Positions 9,165 through 18,390 of a stretch of 64,000 nt of DNA are shown here, in pieces. Under the pieces are notes generated by a model. It was not told the origin of the DNA and made no database searches. It saw nothing but the letters and a program-made list of their open reading frames with translations. Positions within the stretch are counted from its first letter, which is position 1. Each line of letters begins with the position of its first letter. The stretch lies in NCBI GenBank assembly GCA_044344255.1, contig JBIJDH010000005.1, positions 224,001 to 288,000 on the forward strand. The letters run 5' to 3'. This DNA is from Myxococcota bacterium (GTDB lineage: Bacteria; Myxococcota_A; UBA796; UBA2385). Made by a program: the position numbers and the translations under genes.

Positions 9165-10847
9165 ATGTTCGGCAGCCGATCCCCGAGAGCAGGGAGCCGA
9201 GCCCAGCGAGGGAGCCCCGGGGCCCCCGAGGACGCCGCCGCGATCTTCGAGGCGCCCTCCTCCGAGGCGGTGGCCGCGGAGCTCCGCCGCCGGATCAGCG
9301 CGGAGCTGACCGGGCGCAGCGATGAGACGGTCCAGGGCCTGCTCGCCGACGCCGTCTACCAAGAGCGCCGGCGCTTCCAGCAGACCCGGGGTGAGCTCGG
9401 CCCCGAGGATCGCGCCGAGGCTGCGGCGATCGAGGAGGCCGCCCGCGCGTCCCACGGCGGTCGAGCCGACTGGGAGCGGGCCATCTACTCGCTCGTCGAG
9501 CGATACGGCCACGAGATCCACAACCGCTTCTCGCAGCGCACCTACCGCTTCGCCACGCGGGTGCTGCCGGCCGCCTTGACCCGCCTCCTCACCGCGGTGG
9601 AGCCGCGTGAGCTGGTCGAGGCCGACTTCGATCCGGCGAGCCGCATCAAGGTGCACGGCCCCACCGAGGCCATCGCCCGCCTCGCCCAGACCCACACCCT
9701 CATCCTGGCTCCCACCCACGTCTCGAACCTCGACAGCCCGCTGCTCGGCTACGCCCTCTACGCCGCTGGCCTGCCGCCCTTCCTCTATGGCGCGGGGCTC
9801 AACCTCTTCGAGAACCCGGTGATGGCCGCCTTCATGAGCCGGCTCGGGGCCTACACGGTAGACCGCAGGAAGAAGCACAGCCTCTACAAGGACGTGCTCA
9901 AGGCCTACTCGGTCGACGCGCTGGGGCGGCGCAACCACTCGCTCTTCTTTCCGGGGGGCACCCGCTCCCGGTCCGGCCTCGTCGAGAAGAAGCTCAAGAA
10001 GGGCCTCCTCGGCACCGGCATCTCGGCCTGGCAGGAGGGGGTCGAGCTCGGACGCCCGAACCCGGAGATCCTGGTGGTCCCGTGTACGCTCTCGATGGCC
10101 CTCGTGCTCGAGGCCGAGACGCTGATCGAGGACGCCCTCGCCGAGGAGGGCCGCGCCCGCTACATCATCACCGATGATGAGTTCAGCCAGCCCCGCACGG
10201 TGGCCCACTTCGCCCGGCGGGTGTTGAACCTCGACGCGGCGGTGCACGTGCGCTTCGGTCAGCCGATGGACCTGCTCGGCAACCCCGTCGACGACGAGGG
10301 CCGCTCTCTCGATCGCAGCGGGCTCGTCATCGACCGCCGCGCCTATGTGACGGACAGCCGCGGCAACGTGGTGCGCGACGAGCAGCGGGACCACGTGTAC
10401 ACCGAGGTCCTCGCCCAAAACCTGATCAAGGCTTGGCACCGCGACAATACGGTTCAGAGCACACACGTCGCCGCCTTCGCTGCCTGGAACCTCCTCCGCG
10501 CCCTCCACCCTCGAATGGACACCTGGCGGCTGTGCCTCACGAGCCCCGATGAGCGGCGCCTCGACCGGCGGCGGCTCCTCGAGGCCATCGACCGCCTGCT
10601 CCGGGTGATTCGGGCCAAGGTGGCCGCGGGCACCCTGCACGAGGCGCTCGGGGAGGGCGGCGCCGAGGCGCAGCTCGACCGCGCCATCACGACCTTCAGC
10701 ACCTTCCACACGCGCCCGGCGCTGGAGCCGCGGGGGGCGGAGGTCTTGGTCGACCCCCGCCTCGCGCTCTACTATGGCAATCGGCTCGTCGGCTACGCTC
10801 TGGAGGGCGTCGTCACCGAGCCGGCGGACCGCAAGGGGGCCGTATGA
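9165..10847 (+). CDS. Glycerol-3-phosphate acyltransferase, PlsB-like
   Basis: HVSNLD (HxxxxD), GAGLNL, FFPGGTRSRSG. Confidence 0.8.
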   Translation: MFGSRSPRAGSRAQRGSPGAPEDAAAIFEAPSSEAVAAELRRRISAELTGRSDETVQGLLADAVYQERRRFQQTRGELGPEDRAEAAAIEEAARASHGGRADWERAIYSLVERYGHEIHNRFSQRTYRFATRVLPAALTRLLTAVEPRELVEADFDPASRIKVHGPTEAIARLAQTHTLILAPTHVSNLDSPLLGYALYAAGLPPFLYGAGLNLFENPVMAAFMSRLGAYTVDRRKKHSLYKDVLKAYSVDALGRRNHSLFFPGGTRSRSGLVEKKLKKGLLGTGISAWQEGVELGRPNPEILVVPCTLSMALVLEAETLIEDALAEEGRARYIITDDEFSQPRTVAHFARRVLNLDAAVHVRFGQPMDLLGNPVDDEGRSLDRSGLVIDRRAYVTDSRGNVVRDEQRDHVYTEVLAQNLIKAWHRDNTVQSTHVAAFAAWNLLRALHPRMDTWRLCLTSPDERRLDRRRLLEAIDRLLRVIRAKVAAGTLHEALGEGGAEAQLDRAITTFSTFHTRPALEPRGAEVLVDPRLALYYGNRLVGYALEGVVTEPADRKGAV

Positions 10848-11737
10848 ACGTCGGCATCATCGGCACGGGCCCCTGGGGCCGGGCGCTGGCCACCCTCACC
10901 GCCGAGGCCGGTCACCAGCCCCGCTTCGGGTACCGGGGGCGGGCGCCCTCGGGCTTCCCCGGCACGCCCAACCTCCACGCCCTGGCCCGAGAGGTCGACC
11001 TCCTCGTGCTCGCGGTCCCCCCGGCCAGCGTGCGGGAGGTCGTGCGCGCGGTCCGCCCCGGCCCGGGGGACAAGGTGGTGCTGGCGGCGCGCGGCATCGA
11101 GCCGGTGAGCGGGAGCTGGCTCACCGACGTCGTCTCCGAGGAGTCCGCCTGCCTCCGGGTGGGCACGCTCGGCGGCCCCACCCTCGCCGCCGAGGCCTTG
11201 GCCCGCCGCCCCGGGGCCCTGGTGGCGGCGAGCCGCTTCGACGAGGTGAGCCGCCTCTGCCAGGCGGCGCTGCACTCGCCCATCTGCCGGGTCTACACCT
11301 CCCGAGATCTGCGCGGCGTCGAGCTCTCCGGCGCGATGGTGAGCGTGCTCGCGGTGGCGGTGGGGATCTCGGAGGCCTTGCAGCTCGGGGTCGGCGGCCA
11401 GGCTGTGATGGTCACCCGCGGCCTCGCCGAGGCCGCCCGCCTCGTCTCGGCGCTGGGCGGCGACGACCACACCCCCGCCGGCCTCGCGGGCATCGGCGAT
11501 CTCGTGGCCTGCGCCAGCCACCCCGACCACCCGAACCGGCAGGCGGGGGAGCGGCTCGGCCGGGACGGGGGCCGGGACGAGCGGGTGAGCCTCGAGGCCC
11601 AGGCCCTGCTCACCCTCGCTGGGCGCCACGGGGTCGATCTCCCGATCACCGGCGCCATCGCGGCCATCGCCGGGGGACGCTTGCGGGCCCGCCTCGCCGT
11701 CGACGCCCTGATGCGCCGCGAGGCCCGCGCCGAGTGA
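10844..11737 (+). CDS. GpsA-like glycerol-3-phosphate dehydrogenase homolog with substituted catalytic residues
   Basis: GTGPWG Rossmann motif, GVELSGA, TRGLAE, LAGIGDL; KN reads VS and SRN reads HPN. Confidence 0.75.
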   Translation: MNVGIIGTGPWGRALATLTAEAGHQPRFGYRGRAPSGFPGTPNLHALAREVDLLVLAVPPASVREVVRAVRPGPGDKVVLAARGIEPVSGSWLTDVVSEESACLRVGTLGGPTLAAEALARRPGALVAASRFDEVSRLCQAALHSPICRVYTSRDLRGVELSGAMVSVLAVAVGISEALQLGVGGQAVMVTRGLAEAARLVSALGGDDHTPAGLAGIGDLVACASHPDHPNRQAGERLGRDGGRDERVSLEAQALLTLAGRHGVDLPITGAIAAIAGGRLRARLAVDALMRREARAE

Positions 11738-13005
11738 GGCCCCGCGCGCTCCGCCTCCGCTCGGTCGCCGTGCTCGTGGCCGCCGTCGCCGTCGGCGGCC
11801 TCGCCCCCCGGGCCCAGGCGGCCGGCCCGCCCGAGGCCTGCACCCTCGCCGAGCCGGGAGAGGCCTATCGGATCTACCTGCTCACCTCGACCCCGGGGGG
11901 GTCTGTCTTCTCCGCCTTCGGACACAGCGCCCTCCTGCTCAGCGGGGGCCCGCTCCCGGCGCCGATCGTCGCCGACTGGGGCGCCTTCAATGGCAAAGAC
12001 CCGGAGCTGCTCCCCAAGTTCTTGAATGGCACGCTCGAATATTGGATGGCCGCCGAGCCGCTGTCCCTCACGCTGCGCCGTCACGAACGAGAGGAGCGCG
12101 GCCTCGTCGGGCAGGAGCTCGACATTGGCCCCGAGGACAGCGAGCGACTCAAGGGCTACCTCGAGCAGGCCTCGAAGCCCGAGAATCGGAATTACACCTA
12201 TCACTGGTTCGACAAGAACTGCGCCACTCAGCTCCGCGATCTGCTCGACACCGCCACGCACGGTGCTCTTTCAGCGGCCGCCCCGCGGGACCCTGTCCCG
12301 GGGCGCACCATCCGTGGGGAGGTCCTGCGGCACCTGGCCCCCGACCGGCCTGTTTGGTTCGCCTGGCACTTCATGGCCTCTGCGCGGGGTGAGGCGGAGA
12401 TCTCCGAGTGGGAGAACATGTTCTTGCCGGTCCGGATGATGGAGGTGGTGGGGCGGGCCCGCGCCTCGGCGCCCGAACGCCCCCTGGTCCGGCGGGTCTG
12501 CTCCTTTCGGGACAACCCACGGGGGATGGCCGCGGAGAGCGCGCCGCGGCGGGACCCTCTCCTGTGGCTCCTGGGCGGCCTCTTCGGGGGGCTGTTCGGC
12601 CTCGGCGCCCGGGGTCGGTGGGCCCGGCCCTTGCTCGCCGGGGGCCTCGCGCTGCTGGGCCTCCTGGCGGGCGGACTCGGCACGGCCGTGCTCGCCCTCT
12701 GGTCGGTCACGGCGCTCGAGGGGGTCGGGCCCACCCTCGGCTGGGCCGTGGGGAGCCCGCTCACCCTCGTCGTCGGCCTCGGCGGCGCGGCGCTCGTCGG
12801 CCTCGGTCGGCGCCCGCCGGCGCTCGGCACCCTCCTCGTCGGCCTCGTGGTGATCGGCCTCATCGGCCTCCTGCTCGTGCCCGTCGTCGGGCAGGACGCC
12901 GCGGGGCCGATCGGCCTCTTCCTCCTCCCCACCGTCGGGCTCGCGATCGGCTACCGTCGGAGCGCTCGCGGCACCCATCCCGATCTCCGCTCTCCGGAAG
13001 GCTGA
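11734..13005 (+). CDS. DUF4105 / Lnb-like protein with C-terminal TM helices
   Basis: FGHSAL, DWGAF, YHWFDKNCATQLRD, FLP; signal peptide; about four C-terminal TM helices. Confidence 0.75.
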   Translation: MRPRALRLRSVAVLVAAVAVGGLAPRAQAAGPPEACTLAEPGEAYRIYLLTSTPGGSVFSAFGHSALLLSGGPLPAPIVADWGAFNGKDPELLPKFLNGTLEYWMAAEPLSLTLRRHEREERGLVGQELDIGPEDSERLKGYLEQASKPENRNYTYHWFDKNCATQLRDLLDTATHGALSAAAPRDPVPGRTIRGEVLRHLAPDRPVWFAWHFMASARGEAEISEWENMFLPVRMMEVVGRARASAPERPLVRRVCSFRDNPRGMAAESAPRRDPLLWLLGGLFGGLFGLGARGRWARPLLAGGLALLGLLAGGLGTAVLALWSVTALEGVGPTLGWAVGSPLTLVVGLGGAALVGLGRRPPALGTLLVGLVVIGLIGLLLVPVVGQDAAGPIGLFLLPTVGLAIGYRRSARGTHPDLRSPEG

Positions 13006-14090
13006 TGCTCCTCCTCGCCCTGCTCTCCGCCGCCCAGGCCGAACCTTCACTGCTCTTCGTCGGCAACAGCTACACCTTCGTGGGCGACCTCGACCTGCGC
13101 TCGGCCGAGCTGCTGCGGACGGCGCCCGAAATGGCGGCGCTCGAGGTCACTCGCCTCGCCGAGCCCGGCTACACCTGGACCCAGCACCTCGAGCTCGCCA
13201 ATACGGCGGGCTCGGCGTGGAGCGCCGCCCTCGTGAGCCCGACCACCCCCTTTGACTGGGTGATCCTCCAGGAGCAGAGCCAGATCCCTGGATTTCCGTC
13301 CTCCAATTCGGAGTACATGAGCAGCCTGTCGAGCGTCGGCGCCCTCGATGACCTCATCGAGGCCCAGGGCGCCTCCACCCTGCTGCTCCTCACCTGGGGG
13401 CGGCGGGCGGGGGATGAGACCAACCCCGATCTCTATCCAGACTTCGCCACCATGGAGGCGCTGCTCGAGGACGGCTATCGGGCCTATCAGGCGGCGATCA
13501 CCCGTGAAGATCGGCCCGTGGACATCATCCCCGCCGGCCCGGCCTTCGCTCAGGTCTACGCCGCCGACGTCGCCGCCGGCCGCGACCCGCTCGATCCCGC
13601 CTCTCTGTTCTTCTCGCTCTATCAAGGCGATGGGAGCCACCCCTCTCCGCTTGGCACCTACCTCGTCGCCCTCACGGTCTATGGCACGCTGACAGGAGAG
13701 AGCCCGGTCGGCCTGCCGGCCCCGGATGGCACCGCCGAGGAGACCATCGACGCCCTGCAAGAGGCCTCCCGGGCCGCGGTCTTCGACGGGGAGTGGCTCC
13801 CCCACACGGCGAGCGGAGGGTCGGACTCCGGCGGCGCGGACGGCACCGACGGTACCGACGGCGGGGTGGACACCGACGGCGGCGCGGGGAGTGACGGCAG
13901 CGATGGGAGTGACGGCGGCGACGGCGCCGTGGGCGGCGCGGACGACGGCCTCACCCCTCGGGAAGACGAGACCCGCGTCAAGGACGGCTGTGGTGCCTGC
14001 TCGGCCTCGGGCGGGCGGCCGGCCTCGAGCGGGCTGCTCTTCGGGCTGCTCGGGCTCCTCGGCGCGCTCGGCCTGCGGCGCGGCCGCTGA
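13005..14090 (+). CDS. Secreted SGNH-hydrolase-like protein with Asp/Gly linker and MYXO-CTERM-like tail
   Basis: FVGNSYT, VILQEQS, DGSHPS; tail KDGCGACS...LLFGLLGLLGALGLRRGR. Confidence 0.75.
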   Translation: MLLLALLSAAQAEPSLLFVGNSYTFVGDLDLRSAELLRTAPEMAALEVTRLAEPGYTWTQHLELANTAGSAWSAALVSPTTPFDWVILQEQSQIPGFPSSNSEYMSSLSSVGALDDLIEAQGASTLLLLTWGRRAGDETNPDLYPDFATMEALLEDGYRAYQAAITREDRPVDIIPAGPAFAQVYAADVAAGRDPLDPASLFFSLYQGDGSHPSPLGTYLVALTVYGTLTGESPVGLPAPDGTAEETIDALQEASRAAVFDGEWLPHTASGGSDSGGADGTDGTDGGVDTDGGAGSDGSDGSDGGDGAVGGADDGLTPREDETRVKDGCGACSASGGRPASSGLLFGLLGLLGALGLRRGR

Positions 14091-14099
14091 CCGGCCCGC

Positions 14100-14972
14100 T
14101 CACTCGACGTTGGCGACCTGCTCGCGGAGGCGCTCGAGCACGCTCTTCATCTCCACCACGCGGCCAGAGATCGGGTGCTCGGCTGCCTTGCTGCCGATGG
14201 TGTTGATCTCCCGGTTCAGCTCCTGGAGCAAGAAGTCGAGCTTACGGCCGACCGGCTCCGCGCTGCGCATGGCGTCGGTGAACTGCTTGAAGTGAGAGGC
14301 GAGGCGGGCGAGCTCCTCGGAGACGTCGGCCTTGTCGGCGAGGATGGCCGCCTCTTGCGCGAGGCGGTTGGGGTCGACCTGATCGCCGATCAGCCGCACG
14401 ATGCGCTCGGTGAGCCGTTGGCGGAGCCGCTCGGTGATGCCGTCGGCGTGAGACTGCACCTCGGCCCAGAGACGCTGCATCTCGTCGAAGTGGCGCACGA
14501 GGTCACGCCGGAGCGCCTCACCCTCGACGGCCCGCATCTGGACGAGGTCATCAAGGGCGGCGTTGAGGGCGGCCGACACGATCTCCCACTCCACCAGGGC
14601 GTCGGCCTCGGCCTCGACCGTGGTGAGGACCCCAGGCTGGGAGAGCACCGTAGAGAGCGGGATCTCCGAGGGCTCTCGACTGAGGCGCACGGCCACGTCG
14701 GTCATGGCGCGGAGGTAGCGGTGGGCGAGGCCGGGGTTGGACTCTACCGCTTGCCCGCTCTCGGCGGCGCTGCGCCGCACGAATACATCGAGCCGCCCGC
14801 GCTGCAAGCGGTCTTGCAGCTCCTTGGTGATGCGGGGCTCCAGCACCATGTACTCGCGCGGCACCCGGAGGTTGACGTCACGATAACGGTTGTTGACGCT
14901 CTTCATCTCGACGACGACGGTGACGTCGCCATTGGTCGCTTCGCCGCGACCGTAGCCGGTCATTGAATTCAT
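14100..14972 (-). CDS. yicC: YicC/YloC family endoribonuclease
   Basis: SMTGYGR, KSVNNRY, GRKLDFLLQELNREINTIGSK, REQVANVE. Confidence 0.92.
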   Translation of the reverse strand: MNSMTGYGRGEATNGDVTVVVEMKSVNNRYRDVNLRVPREYMVLEPRITKELQDRLQRGRLDVFVRRSAAESGQAVESNPGLAHRYLRAMTDVAVRLSREPSEIPLSTVLSQPGVLTTVEAEADALVEWEIVSAALNAALDDLVQMRAVEGEALRRDLVRHFDEMQRLWAEVQSHADGITERLRQRLTERIVRLIGDQVDPNRLAQEAAILADKADVSEELARLASHFKQFTDAMRSAEPVGRKLDFLLQELNREINTIGSKAAEHPISGRVVEMKSVLERLREQVANVE

Positions 14973-15081
14973 GGCCGGCTGGTAACCGCTCCCCTGGACG
15001 CCCGCCCGCTCTCGCGGTCGGCGCCCGCCTTGACCGACGGGGGGCCGGCGGTGTAGCCCATGGCGCTCCCCCGGAGGTCCT

Positions 15082-15567
15082 GTGTCTTCGAGCCCGCCGA
15101 CCGAGCGTCCCGAGCGAGTGAGCTGGGATCAGTACTTCATGAACATCGCCCGCGTGGCCTCCTCGCGGGCCACCTGCCACCGGAAGTTCGTGGGCGCCGT
15201 CATCGTCCGCGACCGCACCCTGCTCAGCACCGGCTACAACGGCTCGATCCGCGGCCTGCCCCACTGCAGCGAGGTGGGTCACATCATGGAGGACGGCCAC
15301 TGTGTGGCCACGATCCACGCCGAGATGAACGCGGTCGTCCAGGCCGCCCGCAACGGCGTGCGCATCGAGGGGGCCAGCATCTACATCACGGCGAGCCCCT
15401 GCTGGGGCTGCTTCAAGACCCTCGCCAACGCGGGCATCACCCGCATTTGTTATGGCGAGTTCTATCGGGACGAGCGTAGCTTCCGCGTGGCCCACGAGCT
15501 CGGCATCGAGATGGTGCACGTGCCCTGCGGGCCGGGAGACACCGTGCCTGTCCCCCTTGTGGGCTAG
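15082..15567 (+). CDS. dCMP deaminase (ComEB-like)
   Basis: WDQYFM, STGYNG, HAEMNA, SPCWGC zinc motifs. Confidence 0.9.
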   Translation: MSSSPPTERPERVSWDQYFMNIARVASSRATCHRKFVGAVIVRDRTLLSTGYNGSIRGLPHCSEVGHIMEDGHCVATIHAEMNAVVQAARNGVRIEGASIYITASPCWGCFKTLANAGITRICYGEFYRDERSFRVAHELGIEMVHVPCGPGDTVPVPLVG

Positions 15568-15604
15568 GGCGGGCCAGGGCGGGCTAGGGCGGGCTAGGGC
15601 GGGC
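15561..15604. repeat. Four copies of the 10-mer gggcYagggc at a convergent gene junction
   Basis: gggctagggc gggccagggc gggctagggc gggctagggc gggc. Confidence 0.9.
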
Positions 15605-17723
15605 GCGGGGCGGCGAGGAGCGCGTCCCACTGCGCGAAGATGGGGCTCTGCACGCCGTCTGCCTCGAGGTAGGGCTGGAGCCGCTTGCCCAGGCGGGCCA
15701 CGATGTCGGGGTGGGCGAGCGCCAGGTCGACGCGGTTCTCGGGGTCTTCTGCGCGGTTGAAGAGCTCGACCATCGTGCCGGACTTCATCGCGTGCCAGAC
15801 GAGCTTCCAGTCGCCCTCCTGGAGGGTGCGGTCCTTGGCCCGGATGAGCGGCCCGCGGAATTTCGGGCGGATGTGGACGAGGCCGGTCTCGTCGTCGACG
15901 TCGTATCGCTCCGAGACCTTGCTGAAGGGGTACCGCACGTGCCCGGACTTCCAGTAGCGCGACTCGGAGAGGCCGGTCTCGATGTAGACCTCGCGCGGGG
16001 GAGAGGGCACCTGCCCGGCGAGGATCGGCAGCAGGCTCTCTCCGTCGAAGGTGCCCTCCCAGGACAGGCCGAGGAGCTCCTTCAACGTCGGGGCGAGGTC
16101 GATCAGGCGCACCGGCGCGGCGAAGCGCTCCCCCTTGTGGGCGCCGTCTGGGAAGTGAATCGCCAGGGTCACCTGATGCTGGCCGTCTCCATAAGCATGG
16201 AAGCCGTGGTTGGGGCTCCGGTACTTGTAAGGGAGGTCGGGCGCCCACAGGTTCTCGCCGTGGTCGCTCAGCAGCACGACGATGCTGTTGTCCCAGAGCC
16301 CCGACCGCTTGAGCTCTCCCACGAGGCTGGCGACGAGGCCGTCGGCCATGTCGATGCCGGCGTCGTAGATGCGGGTGTCCTGCTCGGCGGCGGTCTGTCC
16401 GCCGTCCTTCTTGCCGTCTGTGGGGTCGAGCAGGGAGAGGGCCGACTGGGCGTACGCGAAGCGGTTTGGGCCCTTGTACTCGTCCTGATCGAACTTGTGG
16501 TACCAGGGGTAGCTGCGGTCGCCGGGCTCATGCAGGACGCAGGAGTGGATGGCATAGAGGAACCGACCGCGCTTGGAGGCGTCAGACAGGGCCGTGACCG
16601 CTCGCGTGGCGAAGAGGTTTGGCCGATAGGACTTTCCGAAGGACTGGTTGTAGGCCGCCGCAGGCACGAGCCTGTAGCCGATGGGGTTGGCCATCAGCCC
16701 GTAGAAGGAGCGGAAGCGCGGCTCGTTCACGCTCACCGCGAAGTTGGTGACCCCGACCTCCGGCTGGACGATGTCTTGGAAGCCGGTGTCGGGGACCATG
16801 TAGGAGAAGCGGCTGTCGTCGGTGACGAAGGTCGTGGCCCAGCCCGCCGCGCCCATCACCTGTGGCAACATCGGGAGGCCCTTCGGCACGAGGCGGTCGG
16901 CCTCGGGGAGGTTGTCGCGGATGCCATGGTGGATGGGGAGCATGCCCGTGAGGATCGAGACCCAGCTCGGATAGGTGCGCGGGAATTGTGTCCAGGCCGA
17001 GGTGAAGACCGCCGACTCGGCGAGGAAGGCGTCGATGTTCGGGCTCGTGTCCCGGAAGTAGCCGTTGGCGCCGAGGTGGTCGGGGCGCAGGGCGTCGATG
17101 CCGATGAGCACGACGTTGGGGCCCTCGTTGTCGACGGCCTGCTCGGGGCCGGGGTGGCGGAGCAGGAGGGCGCAGCCGAGCATCCAGGCGCTCCAGGCCA
17201 CCACCCGACCGCCGAGGGCGCCGAGGGGCTGGCCCGCCGCCCGCCAGCGCCGGGCCGACAGGCCGAGGGCCGACAGACCGAGCGCCGCCCACAGGTAATT
17301 CACCTGATCGGGGACGAAGGTGTCGCAGGCCCACCGCCGCAGCGGCCAATACTCCTCGAGGCCGGGGAAGGCCAACATCTGGTGCACCGAGGCGACCAGG
17401 GACACGAGCAGCGCCGCCGCGCCGAAGCTCGCCCACCAGCGCCAGCGCTTCGCGGGCTCGGCGGGGTACCACACCCGCATCCCCAGGCCCACAGCTCCCG
17501 CGGCGAGGAGGCCGAGCAGCAGGTAGGCGCTGGCGATGCCGCCGACGTAGCGGGCGACCCCCATCTGCAGGGCCGCGGTGGTGGTCTCGTCGGACTCGAT
17601 GCGGTCGAGCGAGCGGCCGAGGAGGTAGATGCTGTCGAGGGTGTCGAAGGTGAAGAGCGCGGTCAGCCAGAGCAGCCCGGCGGCGAGGGCGCGGGCGACG
17701 CCGCGCAGGCGGGGGCCGGTCAT
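15594..17723 (-). CDS. Membrane-anchored sulfatase-like / alkaline phosphatase superfamily enzyme
   Basis: N-terminal TM helices; PNVVLIGIDALRPDH, RTYPSWVSILTG, LSDHGE, DLAPT. Confidence 0.8.
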   Translation of the reverse strand: MTGPRLRGVARALAAGLLWLTALFTFDTLDSIYLLGRSLDRIESDETTTAALQMGVARYVGGIASAYLLLGLLAAGAVGLGMRVWYPAEPAKRWRWWASFGAAALLVSLVASVHQMLAFPGLEEYWPLRRWACDTFVPDQVNYLWAALGLSALGLSARRWRAAGQPLGALGGRVVAWSAWMLGCALLLRHPGPEQAVDNEGPNVVLIGIDALRPDHLGANGYFRDTSPNIDAFLAESAVFTSAWTQFPRTYPSWVSILTGMLPIHHGIRDNLPEADRLVPKGLPMLPQVMGAAGWATTFVTDDSRFSYMVPDTGFQDIVQPEVGVTNFAVSVNEPRFRSFYGLMANPIGYRLVPAAAYNQSFGKSYRPNLFATRAVTALSDASKRGRFLYAIHSCVLHEPGDRSYPWYHKFDQDEYKGPNRFAYAQSALSLLDPTDGKKDGGQTAAEQDTRIYDAGIDMADGLVASLVGELKRSGLWDNSIVVLLSDHGENLWAPDLPYKYRSPNHGFHAYGDGQHQVTLAIHFPDGAHKGERFAAPVRLIDLAPTLKELLGLSWEGTFDGESLLPILAGQVPSPPREVYIETGLSESRYWKSGHVRYPFSKVSERYDVDDETGLVHIRPKFRGPLIRAKDRTLQEGDWKLVWHAMKSGTMVELFNRAEDPENRVDLALAHPDIVARLGKRLQPYLEADGVQSPIFAQWDALLAAPRPP

Positions 17724-18262
17724 GTGGCCAGCCAGCTTCGGATCACCCAGGTGAGCCCGGAGCAGCCGCAGCAGCCGGCGAGGAGCGCGAAGCCGACGCC
17801 GACCAGCAGCAGGAGCTTGCGGGTCTCGGTGCGGGGGTCCTGGCTGATGGGGTCCGGCGCGATCGCCCGCACCTCCCCGTCGCCGCCCACGGGGCCGCCG
17901 TAGGCCCGCAGGAAGGGCTCGACAGCGGGGAAACGTTCGGCTTCGTCGATGTCCTGGAGCTGGATGAGCGCGCCCGCCCCCTCGATCTCCAGGCGGGCCG
18001 CCCCACCTGGGGTGCGGGGGTAGCGGCGGACGACGAGGTGGTGCCGCTCGACGGCGTATCGTTGGGTGGGCTGCCACCCGCCGCCGAGGGCCGACTGGAC
18101 GAGGCGCACGACGAGCAGCCGCCCCTGTGTGAAGCCGAGCTGAAACCAGATGTGCTCGTCTCCGACCGCCTTGCGCACCGAGGGGCCGGGGCCGCTGATG
18201 CCCGCCACCACGCTCTCACCCGGCACCAGGAGGTCGGAGAACCAGTCGGGGGTGGCGGACAA
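17720..18262 (-). CDS. Hypothetical protein with C-terminal TM helix
   Basis: Coupled to the downstream gene; hydrophobic C-terminus with GCCGC. Confidence 0.55.
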   Translation of the reverse strand: MSATPDWFSDLLVPGESVVAGISGPGPSVRKAVGDEHIWFQLGFTQGRLLVVRLVQSALGGGWQPTQRYAVERHHLVVRRYPRTPGGAARLEIEGAGALIQLQDIDEAERFPAVEPFLRAYGGPVGGDGEVRAIAPDPISQDPRTETRKLLLLVGVGFALLAGCCGCSGLTWVIRSWLAT

Positions 18263-18390
18263 CGGGGCGCCGGGGCGGAGGGGAGGGAGCTAAGATCGGG
18301 AGGCCGAGGATCGGGGGGGCCAAGAGGGCTAACCCCCGACCGCCCCGCCGGCCTCCCGGGCGCCGCGCCGCGACGGAGCGGGAGCGGCGC

